The notes under the pieces: generated by a model
Told to the model about the DNA's origin: nothing
Database searches by the model: none
What the model saw: only the letters and a program-made list of their open reading frames with translations
Assembly (NCBI GenBank): GCA_002269645.1
Contig: NIVC01002324.1
Span: forward strand, 43,222-107,221
Source: Macrostomum lignano
Lineage: Eukaryota
Direction: 5' to 3'
DNA: 64,000 bases
Part shown: positions 1 to 10,699 of the stretch, piece after piece
How positions within the stretch are numbered: position 1 is the stretch's first letter
Layout of the letters: every line of letters starts with the position of its first letter
Translations under genes and position numbers: made by a program

Positions 1-499
1 TCCTTGCTATCTCCTCTCATTCGTTTCTGTATCTTATCTTTATGAAATCCTTCCATACTTGTCAATATTTATTTACAGAAGTTTTGAAACATACCGTACC
101 TTGCTTCCAGCAATATATTATTATTGTCTCCTGCTGTCATAAAATTTCATCATCACGCAAACACGTGAGGCCCTACCTGACGCAAAGAACACTGTGCACC
201 CCAGAATTAAATACTTTTGAGCCTCAATACTACAATAGAAAGGAAAAGAAACTGCTCAATTTGCATTAACTACGAGTACTAGACCAAAGTACGCAGTGTT
301 AATCGCACCCCCATACGTATTAATTGTATCGTTGTTTGTCAGTGCCCTTGGCACTTTCGTCTCGCTGAGTTTAACACTCACTTGCCCAGCGAGGAATAAA
401 AAACCGGTTCAATCCGCTTCTTAATCACACTCGGGGGCATTTCGCATGCAGGCGCCTCCCGTGTCGTAGGTCTGCTCAGAAAGCGTGCTCAGAACAGGC

Positions 500-505
500 T
501 ATAAA
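500..505 (+). promoter_or_regulatory. TATA box of peptide gene 1
   Basis: TATAAA starts 101 nt upstream of ATG 601; similar spacing in the paralogs. Confidence 0.7.
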
Positions 506-600
506 TGGGCCCCAGCTTCACTTCCATTATCAGCTGACTGGGAGGTCTGAATCGCCGCTGTTCTCGTTGAATTTCCGCAGCATCAGCAGCATCAATCAGC

Positions 601-846
601 ATGAAGTGGCAGCTGGCCACTCTTCTGCTCGCCTGCGTCGCCGTGGCCGTCATGGCGTCGCCGTCGGCCGAGGCCGAGGACTCGGACCTGGCCGAGCTCG
701 CCCAGCTGCAGGAGGCCATGGAGAGCGATGAGGTCGAGCACCTGCAGGCTAAAGGCCGCTACAGGCGCTTCAAGCGCAAGCTGAAGCGCGCCTACAAGCG
801 CTATCTGAAGAGGCACGGATACCGGAGGCGCGTGATTTATGGCTGA
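601..846 (+). CDS. Secreted pre-pro cationic peptide 1 (81 aa; K/R-rich amphipathic C-terminal peptide; AMP-like precursor)
   Basis: ORF MKWQLATLLLACVAVAVMA (signal) - SPSAEAEDSDLAELAQLQEAMESDEVEHLQAK (acidic pro) - GRYRRFKRKLKRAYKRYLKRHGYRRRVIYG*. TATAAA at 500-505, GC-rich coding-like codons, N-terminus homologous to the 3282-3581 and 14053-14370 genes. Confidence 0.9.
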   Translation: MKWQLATLLLACVAVAVMASPSAEAEDSDLAELAQLQEAMESDEVEHLQAKGRYRRFKRKLKRAYKRYLKRHGYRRRVIYG

Positions 847-1493
847 TTGTGGCCGCCACTGGACTGTCCGCAACGGAACTGATTGTACTGAGTAATACTA
901 TATGCTCTCCACAGTATGTAGTACTTTGTAGAATTATCGATACAAGTATTGCATTTGCAAAATTATCAATACCGAAAAGAGCATGTTTCACCATCGCATG
1001 AGCTTGTCGTGTCAATGCAGCTGATTTATACAAAAAGAATGGAAATACACGAGCGTACACTTACTTTGCTATTCCTACTCTTATTTTAAGTACAGGTAAC
1101 TCGTACGGGCTACTCTCAGCAGTTCTTGTTTTTATTTATTGAATTTGAAGATGGCTTGCACACCGAGAAGGCGAATTCCGTGTCCTAGATTGGATGATCT
1201 GGCATGCTAAATCAGAGATTGTGCAAAGACTCGACTGTTCTCTTTGATCAAGAGTTCGAATTGATTTTTAGTATGTTTGTATTCAATCGTTCAGAGTCCC
1301 TCTGAAATATGATAAACACTTTTACTATAGCTTTTGCAGCCCATTAGGGCCTACGTGCAATAAATTTAATTTAATGTACCAGTAAGACACGGTTGGTAAA
1401 GTAATGGAGCTTTTGTCTAAAGCTGTGCAATGTTGCTTGAATAAAATTAATATCGTAGGCGTAGGAACGTTTCAAATAGTGGGGGGCCAGGTT

Positions 1494-1545
1494 CAGTGGC
1501 GGATTTAGGGGGGGGGGAGGGCGCACGCCCCCCATCGAGTTGTAT
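1494..1545 (+). mobile_element. Possible end of a hAT-like MITE (CAGTGGCGGATTTAGGGGGG)
   Basis: Resembles a common non-autonomous DNA transposon terminus; the partner end was not found. Confidence 0.3.
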
Positions 1546-1601
1546 TTTTTTGGGAAATGCACATTATCATGTACAGATTCTTTTCAGAATCGGTGTTGTC
1601 A

Positions 1602-2147
1602 GCACTCATTTTAGCGCCGCAGGCACTCATTTTAGCGCCACAAGCATTCATTTTAGCGCCGCAGGCACTCATTTTAGCGCCGCATGCAGTCATTTTAGCG
1701 CCACAAGCACTCATTAGCGCCGCATGCAGTCATTTTAGCGCCGCTAGCGCTGCAGGCAGTCATTTTAGCGCCGCAGGCACTCATTTTAGCGCCGCATGCA
1801 GTCATTTTAGCGCCTCAGGCACTCATTAGCGCCGCATGCAGTCATTTTAGCGCCGCAGGCAGTCATTTTAGCGCTGCAGGCAGTCATTTTAGCGCCGCAG
1901 GCACTCATTAGCGCCGCATGCAGTCATTTTAGCGCTGCAGGCAGTCATTTTAGCGCCGCAGGCACTCATTTTAGCGCCGCATGCAGTCATTTTAGCGCCT
2001 CAGGCACTCATTAGCGCCGCATGCAGTCATTTTAGCGCCGCAGGCAGTCATTTTAGCGCTGCAGGCAGTCATTTTAGCGCCGCAGGCACTCATTTTAGCG
2101 CCGCATGCAGTCATTTTAGCGCCTCAGGCACTCATTAGCGCTGCAGG
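1602..2147. repeat. ~21-bp minisatellite (GCACTCATTTTAGCGCCGCAG and variants)
   Basis: About 25 tandem copies seen directly. Confidence 0.95.
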
Positions 2148-3281
2148 CGATATGTGAAAGAATTCTGCAGTCTCTCAAGAATAACAGCTTTTCTGTTAGG
2201 TTCAAGAACTGTTTATTTGAGTCTGAACCCCCACCCCATTGTGAGCCTGGCACTGGAAGGACCGACTCTTCATTGCCGCTGTCTCAAGGCTAGGTCGCAT
2301 TGAGCATGCAGACTACCTGAGGGGCTGAGTATTCTCTTAACCAGCTCACCCAAATTTGGCTTGAGTTCTTGGGGCTCTGTTTTGTAGGTAAGCGAAAGCT
2401 CCCAGATTTCGGATTTATAGATTCGACGAGGTGGAGCTAGTGGATTTTTGGCTTTCTCTTTAAATATCGAATTCTTCAACGATCATGCATAACTTTTTTT
2501 GATGAAAAAATCGTATTATGACTAGTGGGGTCAAATATTCGAAAAAACATGTTTTTAACGCTTTCACGCTTAACGCTCCGTTTGAATTTAATTGTTCAGT
2601 TCAATCATTTAGGTCTCTCCTTGGCCAATGTACAGTGTATAAGAATGTACATTCACAATAGCTAAGGCGTTTTATGACTCGCAATTTGTGGGGTTGATTG
2701 AGTTTTATCGTTTACCAGTCTGATAGACGATCGATGAAATAGAGGGGGTTATAAAGCTGCTGGCCTGAAATGCGATGTGTTTGCGGACGAAACAAGCCTT
2801 TTTTCACAATCCCCATCTTGCTCTGCTCTGCCCATTTGCCACTGCTCTGATTTTGTTTGTGTTATTTTAGAACACAGAGGGTGGCGCAGTTGCAGATGGG
2901 GGCAGTTGCTAATGGGTTCAATTACTTCAGACTTACTTGGCAAATTTGGAAAATAGTGCGCTAGTCACAATATACTAAATAGTTTCCTAAAAGTGGGAGA
3001 GATGCTGAAGTCTGTTACCCTGCTGCTAAATATTTATTTTAACTAAAAGTTGAAAAAGTTAAAAAAACAATGCTTAATAATTACGAGCTAGCTTGCAAAC
3101 TGCGAACGATGAAATTCCAAGTGTATTTTCTGCCTGGCAGATTCTCAAAGTTCACGATGTTCAACAATCACTTGAGCTGATATTATATAGTAAATTTTTT
3201 TGTTTATTAAGTGTACATTATCAGTAAAGAAAGATTAGTTATATTGTCCAAGGCGATAATTCAGAAGACGGTCCGGTTCGT

Positions 3282-3581
3282 TTAGCCATAGATGTGGTAG
3301 TGCCCGCGGAAGAAGCGCCGCCTGCGGAAGAAGCGCCGCCTGCTGAAGTAGCGCCTGCGGAAGTAGCGCCTGCGGAAGTAGCGACGCCTGCCGAACCGAA
3401 TCCTAAACTTCTCTTCCGGATCCGCGTCCTCGTCGGATTCGGCCAGATCGGGCTCGGCCATGTCGGCCAGGGCGGAGGCCACCTTTTCGAAGTCTTCGTC
3501 GTCTTCTTTGTGCTCAGCCGGGCTGGCGTAGACCGCCAGCGCCACGCACAGGAGGAGACCGAGGGCGAACTGCCACTTCAT
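3282..3581 (-). CDS. Secreted pre-pro cationic peptide 2 (99 aa; RRRYF/RRRFF-repeat C-terminal peptide)
   Basis: Likely start at MKWQFALGLLLCVALAVYA (3581), acidic pro ending PEEK, then FRIRFGRRRYFRRRYFRRRYFSRRRFFRRRRFFRGHYHIYG*. TATAAA on minus strand at 3669-3674; AATAAA on minus strand at 3203-3208. Confidence 0.9.
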   Translation of the reverse strand: MKWQFALGLLLCVALAVYASPAEHKEDDEDFEKVASALADMAEPDLAESDEDADPEEKFRIRFGRRRYFRRRYFRRRYFSRRRFFRRRRFFRGHYHIYG

Positions 3582-3668
3582 GGCTGCTGCTGAATTCAGA
3601 GAGATTCGCTTTGCAAAGTTGATCCCGTCTTGGGTCTTGGGGGCCGTTGTGAGCTCGAGGTGGTCGAC

Positions 3669-3704
3669 TTTATAGACCCGCAATCTGGGGCGGGGACACG
3701 TTTT
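3669..3704 (-). promoter_or_regulatory. TATA box plus AAAACGTG motif of peptide gene 2
   Basis: TATAAA at 3669-3674 and AAAACGTG at 3697-3704 (22 nt spacer); same arrangement in gene 4. Confidence 0.65.
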
Positions 3705-4714
3705 TGCTTACCTGCAAAACAGAAGCCCCAAAAAACGTGCTCTCAAGACTCGATAGGGGGTTGAAATTTGAATGCTTTTGCCTCATGGTCCAAATTGCAT
3801 TCAAAGAAAGAACGAAAGATGCATGCAGTAGCTGCCATTTTAATTTCAGCAACCACATATCTGATATTCATTCTCTCACGGCCCCTTTCTCAACTCAATA
3901 CTACCTAGCCTTGAGGCAGCAGTAATTAAAAGCGGCTCTTCAGTGTCAGACTCACAATAGGTGGCCTCAAGAACAGCATAAGCAAGTCTTGGGCAGTTGA
4001 GCTTGAGAGTTGAAGCTGTTATTGTCTGGAAAACTACCGAACTCTACCTACGAGTCTTGTGAGTTCGCTCACACACTTGCAGACTTGCGTCGCATGGAAG
4101 CTTTTTCGGTCCCAGCATATTTTGGCCCATAAATTTTCTGTCAGGTTGACAGAGATCCCGGGACTTTAAAGCTGATTTGTGTCTATCTTCCAAGGGAATT
4201 TGTTCATCGTCAATTCAGCGAACCCAAAGGTTGCTTGATGGTATCGGCACGGGCTGTTCTGCCAGTCGTCCTGCACACCGCAGCGCTGTTGCTGGGGCTA
4301 TTGATGTCAGTGATGCATTTGCGACAAAACACTGGCATTATTGGCATATTTAGCATAAGCAGTACCCTCAGGAGTTTGCAGCCTAAACTTATGCAGCTTT
4401 GAAAAGTCAGAGATTACTTCATGCTGCCACACCTTCACAGACTAAATATCTTGACTACAAAAGACTGTATCATCATCAGATTCGTATTACATTCAGTGGT
4501 GTAGCAGTTTGAACAACCCACACTCGGCAGTTCAAAATTACCTTCAATGGTTCACCAAAAATTTAGCAATGGTTCACCAGCAGTTCAGCAATGGCTCACC
4601 AACAATTTGGCCACGGTTCACCAACAGTTTAGAAGCGGTTTATCAGAAGTTTAGCAATGGCTCACCAGCTATGGTTTACCAGCACTGTTTCTCACAATCC
4701 CTGAGCAGATGGCC

Positions 4715-4990
4715 ACAAATCTATGGCCATACCGGCTATGGCTACCTCACCAGACACTGCTTCCTCCGAGGCGACCTCGAAAGTGAACTTTGCCGTTTTT
4801 TGCGAGTGTGACAATGAAGATGCTCAGCACTTTGTCTGTCACTGCCCTTTCTTTACCAGAGACCGGCAACGCTACCTCGGGCCAAACCCGTCTATTGACG
4901 AGGTCTGCCAGCCCGACAGAATCTCACGGCTCATCCAGTTCCTCCGGGCGACGAGACGAGCCACTTTCTTCCCTACGGAAGATCAAAGCT
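4715..4990 (+). mobile_element. 3'-end remnant of a non-LTR retrotransposon (I/Nimb/Loa-like C-terminal CCHC region)
   Basis: TGYGYLTRHCFLRGDLESELCRF, then after a frameshift CECDNEDAQHFVCHCPFFTRDRQ...LIQFLRATRR. Matches the TGH..L..HL...G....C..C...E...H....CP zinc-knuckle typical of these LINE ORF2 C-termini. Confidence 0.7.
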
Positions 4991-5112
4991 GCAGGAAGGA
5001 CCGGCGGACCACCCTGACCGGCCCCACGCCTCTGCCTGTCTGCGGGCCTTCGGGGGCTGGCGGAATGGGCGACCCTCGCCTCCCCGCTGTGTCTACGGAC
5101 CACCATGCAGCT

Positions 5113-5413
5113 AAGTAAAGTAAGTCAAAGGGCCAGATGTACAAACGACAGCTCAGCCGCAGCTATTGCGCGGCGCATCTGAAGGCTGCGTACGGCTGTT
5201 CAGTCCAAGGACTGGGATTAATTACTAATACTGGCACCCATTTTACAGCTGGGTGAACTGAAGCAATGGAGAGTTAAGTGTCTTGCTCAAGGACACTAAC
5301 AAGGAAGTTTTCCTAGTGGTTTTTGGACACTAATTGTTCCAGCTAGATCAGGAATCGAACCCCTGACCTTCAAGTCGTGATTCCGACGCTCTAAGTACTA
5401 GGTTACAACTCCC
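5113..5413 (-). mobile_element. tRNA-derived CORE-type SINE
   Basis: Minus strand: tRNA-like head with B box GGTTCGATTCC (5351-5361), central GTGTCCTTGAGCAAGACACTTAAC...CAGCTGTAAAATGGG resembling the MIR/CORE domain, and a short CTTA/CTTTA tail near 5113. Confidence 0.8.
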
Positions 5414-6012
5414 TTGCTATTGAGATACACGTCAAAAGATTCATACTCAACCCAACAGATGACATTTTAGCATTGTTATGCATATAGTTACGTCTGTACT
5501 GGTAATATACGTTGTTTTTTATTTCAAAAAGCATTGTTAGTCGTTTCAGTCGGTCCTAAAGTAGTTGATTTATAATACAACTTGTATTCGTCTTATAATC
5601 TCCTGAGTTATTATAGGGATACCCCTGCGTTAAATTAAGTGGGTTGGTTATGCACGAAAACGAAACTTTACTTGGCTGTAGTTTTGTTGAATTTATTTTA
5701 GTTGGTATGAGTAGGTGGTTTCTATTATCAGTTAATGAATTCAAACAATGCATAAACACTCTTTTATAGATCTGATCAATATTCACCAGCCATCTGAGAG
5801 TCTGCATGGACGAAGCAAATAATTAAACCTGGCCGAAAAAGGAAGACCTTGAGAGATGCTGAGCACTGGGGGGTCTTTCTCGAAAGCAACTTACGATCGA
5901 CCATAGACGTAAGTTGGGTAAGCTACACTTACGGGTTGCTCGAAGGGCTCGCAAGTTAGCTATGCGTAAGATTGATCGCAACTTTACGAGTTCGTAACTT
6001 TGTGCAAAAGAC

Positions 6013-6383
6013 TCATGGATGAATGAATAGAATGGATTGCTATTCTGGCTCTGGCTATTTTCGTTTTTGACTCTTTTGCATCCGGTTCCCCCCGTGCCTT
6101 TTCATTGGTTGATGATTGCCATAGACAATTTTCGGCCTTCGCCCCTTTCTTTCCTTTTTATTGTAGACGAATCGACTCTCGAATCGTGCTTGTAGGTCTT
6201 CCCCCTTTATTTCAAAACACGAGCGAAAGCGCTTGTGCATCGAAAGAAAGGGGCGAAGGCCGAAAATTGTCTATGGCAATCATCAACCAATGAAAAGGCA
6301 CGGGGGGGAACCGGATGCAAAAGAGTCAAAAACGAAAATAGCCAGAGCCAGAATAGCAATCCATTCTATTCATTCATCCATGA
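6013..6383. repeat. Long near-perfect inverted repeat (~141-bp arms, 88-nt loop)
   Basis: 6013-6153 is the reverse complement of 6242-6383, with one indel in a C/G run. Confidence 0.9.
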
Positions 6384-6564
6384 AAAGACTGTTTCTCGAA
6401 ACGTTCGTATGTCTATGGTCTTTCGTAAGGTTGATCTTAACCCTACGACTGCTCGGTATCAGTCGTAAGACGCACTAATCGCATAGTACGTGAAGCTTTA
6501 GTCAAGCCAAGTCAAGTTAAACTTTATCGAAGGTGGGTCTTTCTCGAAAGCAACTTACGATAGA

Positions 6565-6607
6565 CCAAGGAGTTCTATAATTAGCAACTAATTATAGAAC
6601 TCCTTGG
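6565..6607. repeat. Perfect 20-bp hairpin with 3-nt loop
   Basis: CCAAGGAGTTCTATAATTAG-CAA-CTAATTATAGAACTCCTTGG. Confidence 0.9.
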
Positions 6608-8139
6608 ATAGACTAAGTAAAGATATTTGCAGATTTATGACCATAGACATGCAACTTTTCGTTTCAGATACGACTTACGAACAGCGTAAGCCACGCAAAG
6701 TCTAAGTGAGTTTTGAGAAAGCGTCTTACGAGCAAACTTACTGTGACGTTGTCAGTTTAAGGTGGTCCCGAAAAGGGCCGTTGGACTGCTGGTTTTCCAT
6801 AGTCATTCAACCCTTCAGTTTCACCGCTTCAACTAAACTTTTCCATTCGTTTATTGCGACGTTTACTTGTAGTAGTGCCCAACGATTTTGTGGCAATTTA
6901 TAATTCATTGTATATTTTGCTATCCTCTCTCGCCACCGTATAAAATTGGCACGATCGATAATTTTAAGTTCTCTCGCCAGCCAATGAAATCACTCGTGTT
7001 CGCGCTACCCCCTCTGCGCTCTTTTATTAAACCCCCCCGCCTGGCGGCGGGCACTCCACGCGCCCCTTGCTCTCTCTCGCTCCTCTCTCTCCGCTTGCTC
7101 CTTGTTTCCTTCCCTGCGGCCTCTTAGCTGTCTTATCTGTTTGTCTGGCTGCCTCGAGCCTCCTTATTTCTCACCACGGCCCTTCTGTCTGGGCCAGCCT
7201 GCTCACACACTTACTTGACTGTTTCACGCCACGACCGACGCCAACTCACCACTACGTTTCACTGCATTCACTGTGATCATAGCCACTGCTCACGTCACGT
7301 CGCCATTGTGTCATTCGCCTGCCACTTGACTTCATATCCAAATTATATTCAACCCATTGCTGCAGCCGCCAGTGCCCAGAAAGCTATAGTCTGTTTATTG
7401 CCAGTAACAACCAAACTTAATACTGATATTAACAATAAAGACAACTACGGCAGTTCCTGCCTTTATCGCCAAGTGCTCCGCTACAAAATCCGCTTTACAA
7501 GAATTGACTTCAACTTATTTTGGGACTAAAACGGCCCTTTTAAGGGTCACCGCATAGCTGGCCGCTACGCCAATAACGTGACACTTACGCTACACGCAAA
7601 TTTCTTTCTTACGATCTAACTTACCATAGAACTTACGTGAGTTTCGAGAAACACCCCCTGTTTGATAATATTGAAAAATATTACTTTCGAACTTTCAAAC
7701 TGGATGAACCGTTTTGCGTGAACACAGTTGTCTATGGTATGATCTAAATTTAGCTCCCATTAAGAAAGCATTTGTGGACGAAAGGTTTTGCAGTTTGGAC
7801 GAATTCAATCGCAAAAAAGTATATTAGGCGCTCTGTATTGTGAGTTTGAAGTGGTCGGGCCGAGGGCCAGGGTCACAAGCTGCTTGGCATTGAAACTGTA
7901 ACTTGTCTGGAAAATTACTGGAATTTTTTATTCTTTTTAGACGCACGCAGGTCTCTCTTTCTATTGTTTTCACTGCATTTTTTTCTAAGCCTCATACCAA
8001 GAAAACGACCCTGCCTGTCCGTCTTAAACTCAAGTTTAGATTGCATTGGCATGCTCTTCTATACATAGTTTCATTGTGCTAAAGGAGGGATCGGAAAAAA
8101 TTGTTACCTTAAGAGCCAAACAACCTAGCGCATGCCTTG

Positions 8140-8370
8140 CGAGCAAAGGAAGGGAGAGGAGAGGTAATTGAAGATAGAAGAAACGTAGGAGAAAGAAGAG
8201 GTGAGGGAATGCAGGAGAATAAAGGAGACGAGGGGAGAGGAGGGATGAAATAGGAAAGGAGAGAGGGAGAGGTAGAGGAGAGAGGGGGGAGAAGAGAGAA
8301 GAGAGGAGAAGAGAGAAGAAGAAGGAGGATAAGAGAGAGAGGAGACAAGGCAGAGAGCTGAGAAGAGAGA
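8140..8370. repeat. Purine-rich (GA) low-complexity tract
   Basis: Directly visible. Confidence 0.8.
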
Positions 8371-9924
8371 CATGTGGCTCTCGGGCTGAAGTTTGCCGAC
8401 GCCTGCGCTACGTTTCAGCCCTCTGCATCCTATCTAACGAGTGTCCCAAAAGAGGGTAATGCTGTCTGCGTTAACTGCGAGCGAGCAGTTTTGCGTATAC
8501 CGCTGTAAATTGACAGTTTTACACTGAATATGTGCAATTGTTTTACTCCAACGATTTTGTGCCGAAAAAAATATCCAGTTTGTGCCAATCGTTGCCTTAG
8601 AGCAGTCATAGGTAACTTTTGAATGCTACAAAAAGTACTTTATTTTTAAGAAAACGAAAAGACGAACAGTGAAACTGAAAATGAACATAAAACAGCAATT
8701 CCGAGGCTACATGCACATGTCACGTACATGCATGATACTTGTTAAAAACTCCGCGACATGTCACTAAGCTATACGTGCCTCAGATGATGCTCATAGATTC
8801 CAATGCACTCTCGTCCTGTCGAAACCAACCAAAAGCTCCCACAGCGGCTGAGTCATAGATCTTATATTCCCTAGATAGGCCATTTTGTATTGTGGCAATA
8901 GGAAATGCGACCGTTGTCACTGGTGCGAAAAAGCTGACATGGGTTGCTTAAATTTTTAGTTCAGTAGCTTAGGGACACAGACACTATTTTTTGAGAAGTT
9001 GATAGAACTTCTTATTAAGTAAGAGTAGATATGTATAAGATATTCTATCGGTTTGAGGTCGGTATGAGATTAAATCCCGAGAGTTGCAACTGGCATATAT
9101 TTTCTCCAAAACTGGATGAAAATGTCATTCTGCACCATTTTCCAAAGTTTGATACCGCCTCTCAGTATTGGATCGACGCATTGAGATCAGAGGCTATAAC
9201 CTCGGACGTCGTCAGGCAACACAAACTGCAGCTATGAAGCCTACAATTTGAAAGACGCCTACCCCCAATTTTGACGTCAATTTGCGGTTGCGTTGACGTA
9301 GCAAAAATTACCTAACTGACTAACGATTTCGTTGGTAAATTTGTTTTTGCCACAGAAGCGTGGGGCACCGTTTTGCTTGCGGCAACGCCCCATTTAGTTG
9401 CTGCACGCTTTTTTTGTAAAAAAACAACGAAATCGTTTGGCAATGCAACTCAAGCCTCACTGCAGAATTTTAGTGATGAAGCGTTTCTATTTACTGTTCC
9501 AATGTGGCTCAGAGCGGTTCGTGGAAAAACACTGGTTTTTTCCTTTTCTGCCATGCAGGCACAAGAGATGGTTATAGAGCGGAGAGGGGTTGGGTGACTG
9601 GCTTGTTATATTGTTTGATATGAATATTTCGTGGCATTGGACTGATGGTCCGAACTTGAGATAGACGAACTTGCTTTCAAGTTATTAAATTTTACAGTTT
9701 TTTTACTTACTACGATCTTGTGTTTTACCCACTTTATAAGTCATAGTCATAATCAATCAAAGCGACCGATAAATATCCAGTATGTTTTATGAGCTACCAA
9801 AGTATGCTCGCATGCTAGAACTATGATTCTTTCAATCTAAAAATCATTATATACTAAATCTCTATATTTACTAAAGTCTTAATGTTTTTTTAATGCAAAA
9901 TAGGCATGTAAATCAATCTATGAA

Positions 9925-10290
9925 ACAACCATGGAATCTATCGAATCAATCTATGGAACAATCATGGAATCTATCGAATCAATCTATGGAACAATCATGG
10001 AATCTATCGAATCAATCTATAGAACAATCATGGAATCTATTGAATCAATCTATAGAACAATCATGGAATCTATCGAATCAATCTATGGAACAATCATGGA
10101 ATCTATCGAATCAATCTATAGAACAATCATGGAATCTATTGAATCAATCTATGGAACAATCATGGAATCTATCGAATCAATCTATGGAACAATCATGGAA
10201 TCTATCGAATCAATCTATGGAACAATCATGGAATCTATCGAATCAATCTATGGAACAATCATGGAATCTATTGAATCAATCTATGGAAAA
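9925..10290. repeat. 33-bp minisatellite (ATGGAATCTATCGAATCAATCTATGGAACAATC), ~11 copies
   Basis: Tandem copies visible; gives the repetitive MESIESIYGTI ORF. Confidence 0.95.
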
Positions 10291-10452
10291 ACGAGGCTTG
10301 CCCGCCCGTCACCAAAAGATTAGTCTCCTCCATTTCAGACTTACTTAGCTTGCTCTGCTTCAAACAATTTGGATGGTTATTTGTTCCATTTTAAACCCAC
10401 AAACGACAAAAGCAAGAACGACTGCCAGACACTTTCGGTAGCTAATATTCAA

Positions 10453-10632
10453 CTAGAACTGCGAGCGCCGGCGGAAGTAGCGATGCTTGCGGAACCGGAA
10501 CCGAATCCGGAACTTCTCTTGCAGATCCGTGTTCTCGTCGGACTCGGCCAACTCGGACTCGGCCAGGTCGGGCTCGGCCGCGTCCGGCTCGGCCAGGTCG
10601 GCCAGGGTGTTGGACAACTTTTCGAGGTCTTC
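10453..10632 (-). pseudogene. Pseudogene A of the cationic peptide family (gene-2-like; signal peptide and promoter deleted, C-terminus truncated)
   Basis: EDLEKLSNTLADLAEPDAAEPDLAESELAESDENTDLQEKFRIRFRFRKHRYFRRRSQF* aligns to the gene 2 pro and mature regions. At 10633 it joins sequence homologous to gene 2 upstream 3721-3750 (agccccaaaa.acgtgc.ctc), implying a deletion of ~220 nt. Confidence 0.8.
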
Positions 10633-10699
10633 AGACAGCCCCAAAAGACGTGCCCTCGACCTAGTTTCGGGAATTTCGGGTTAATGAAAAACCGGTTTC

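Larger units (their letters stand above)
5869..7657. mobile_element. Non-autonomous TIR element, probably PIF/Harbinger-like MITE (nested/complex)
   Basis: TIRs GGGGGT(C/G)TTTCTCGAAA at 5869 and 7642-7657, flanked by CTG on both sides (3-bp TSD, one G ambiguous). Many subterminal CTTACG repeats; a second left-end copy lies at ~6535. Confidence 0.6.

Noticed and set aside
545-580. 5'UTR intron or trans-splice acceptor before the peptide ATGs
   Set aside because: Pyrimidine-AG stretches precede several ATGs, but matching donors are not conserved and the TATA spacing fits an unspliced short UTR. Needs 5' RACE.
5340-5413. tRNA genes (also at 28680-28738 and 36090-36163)
   Set aside because: A/B boxes are present but there is no complete cloverleaf, and each continues into a SINE body.
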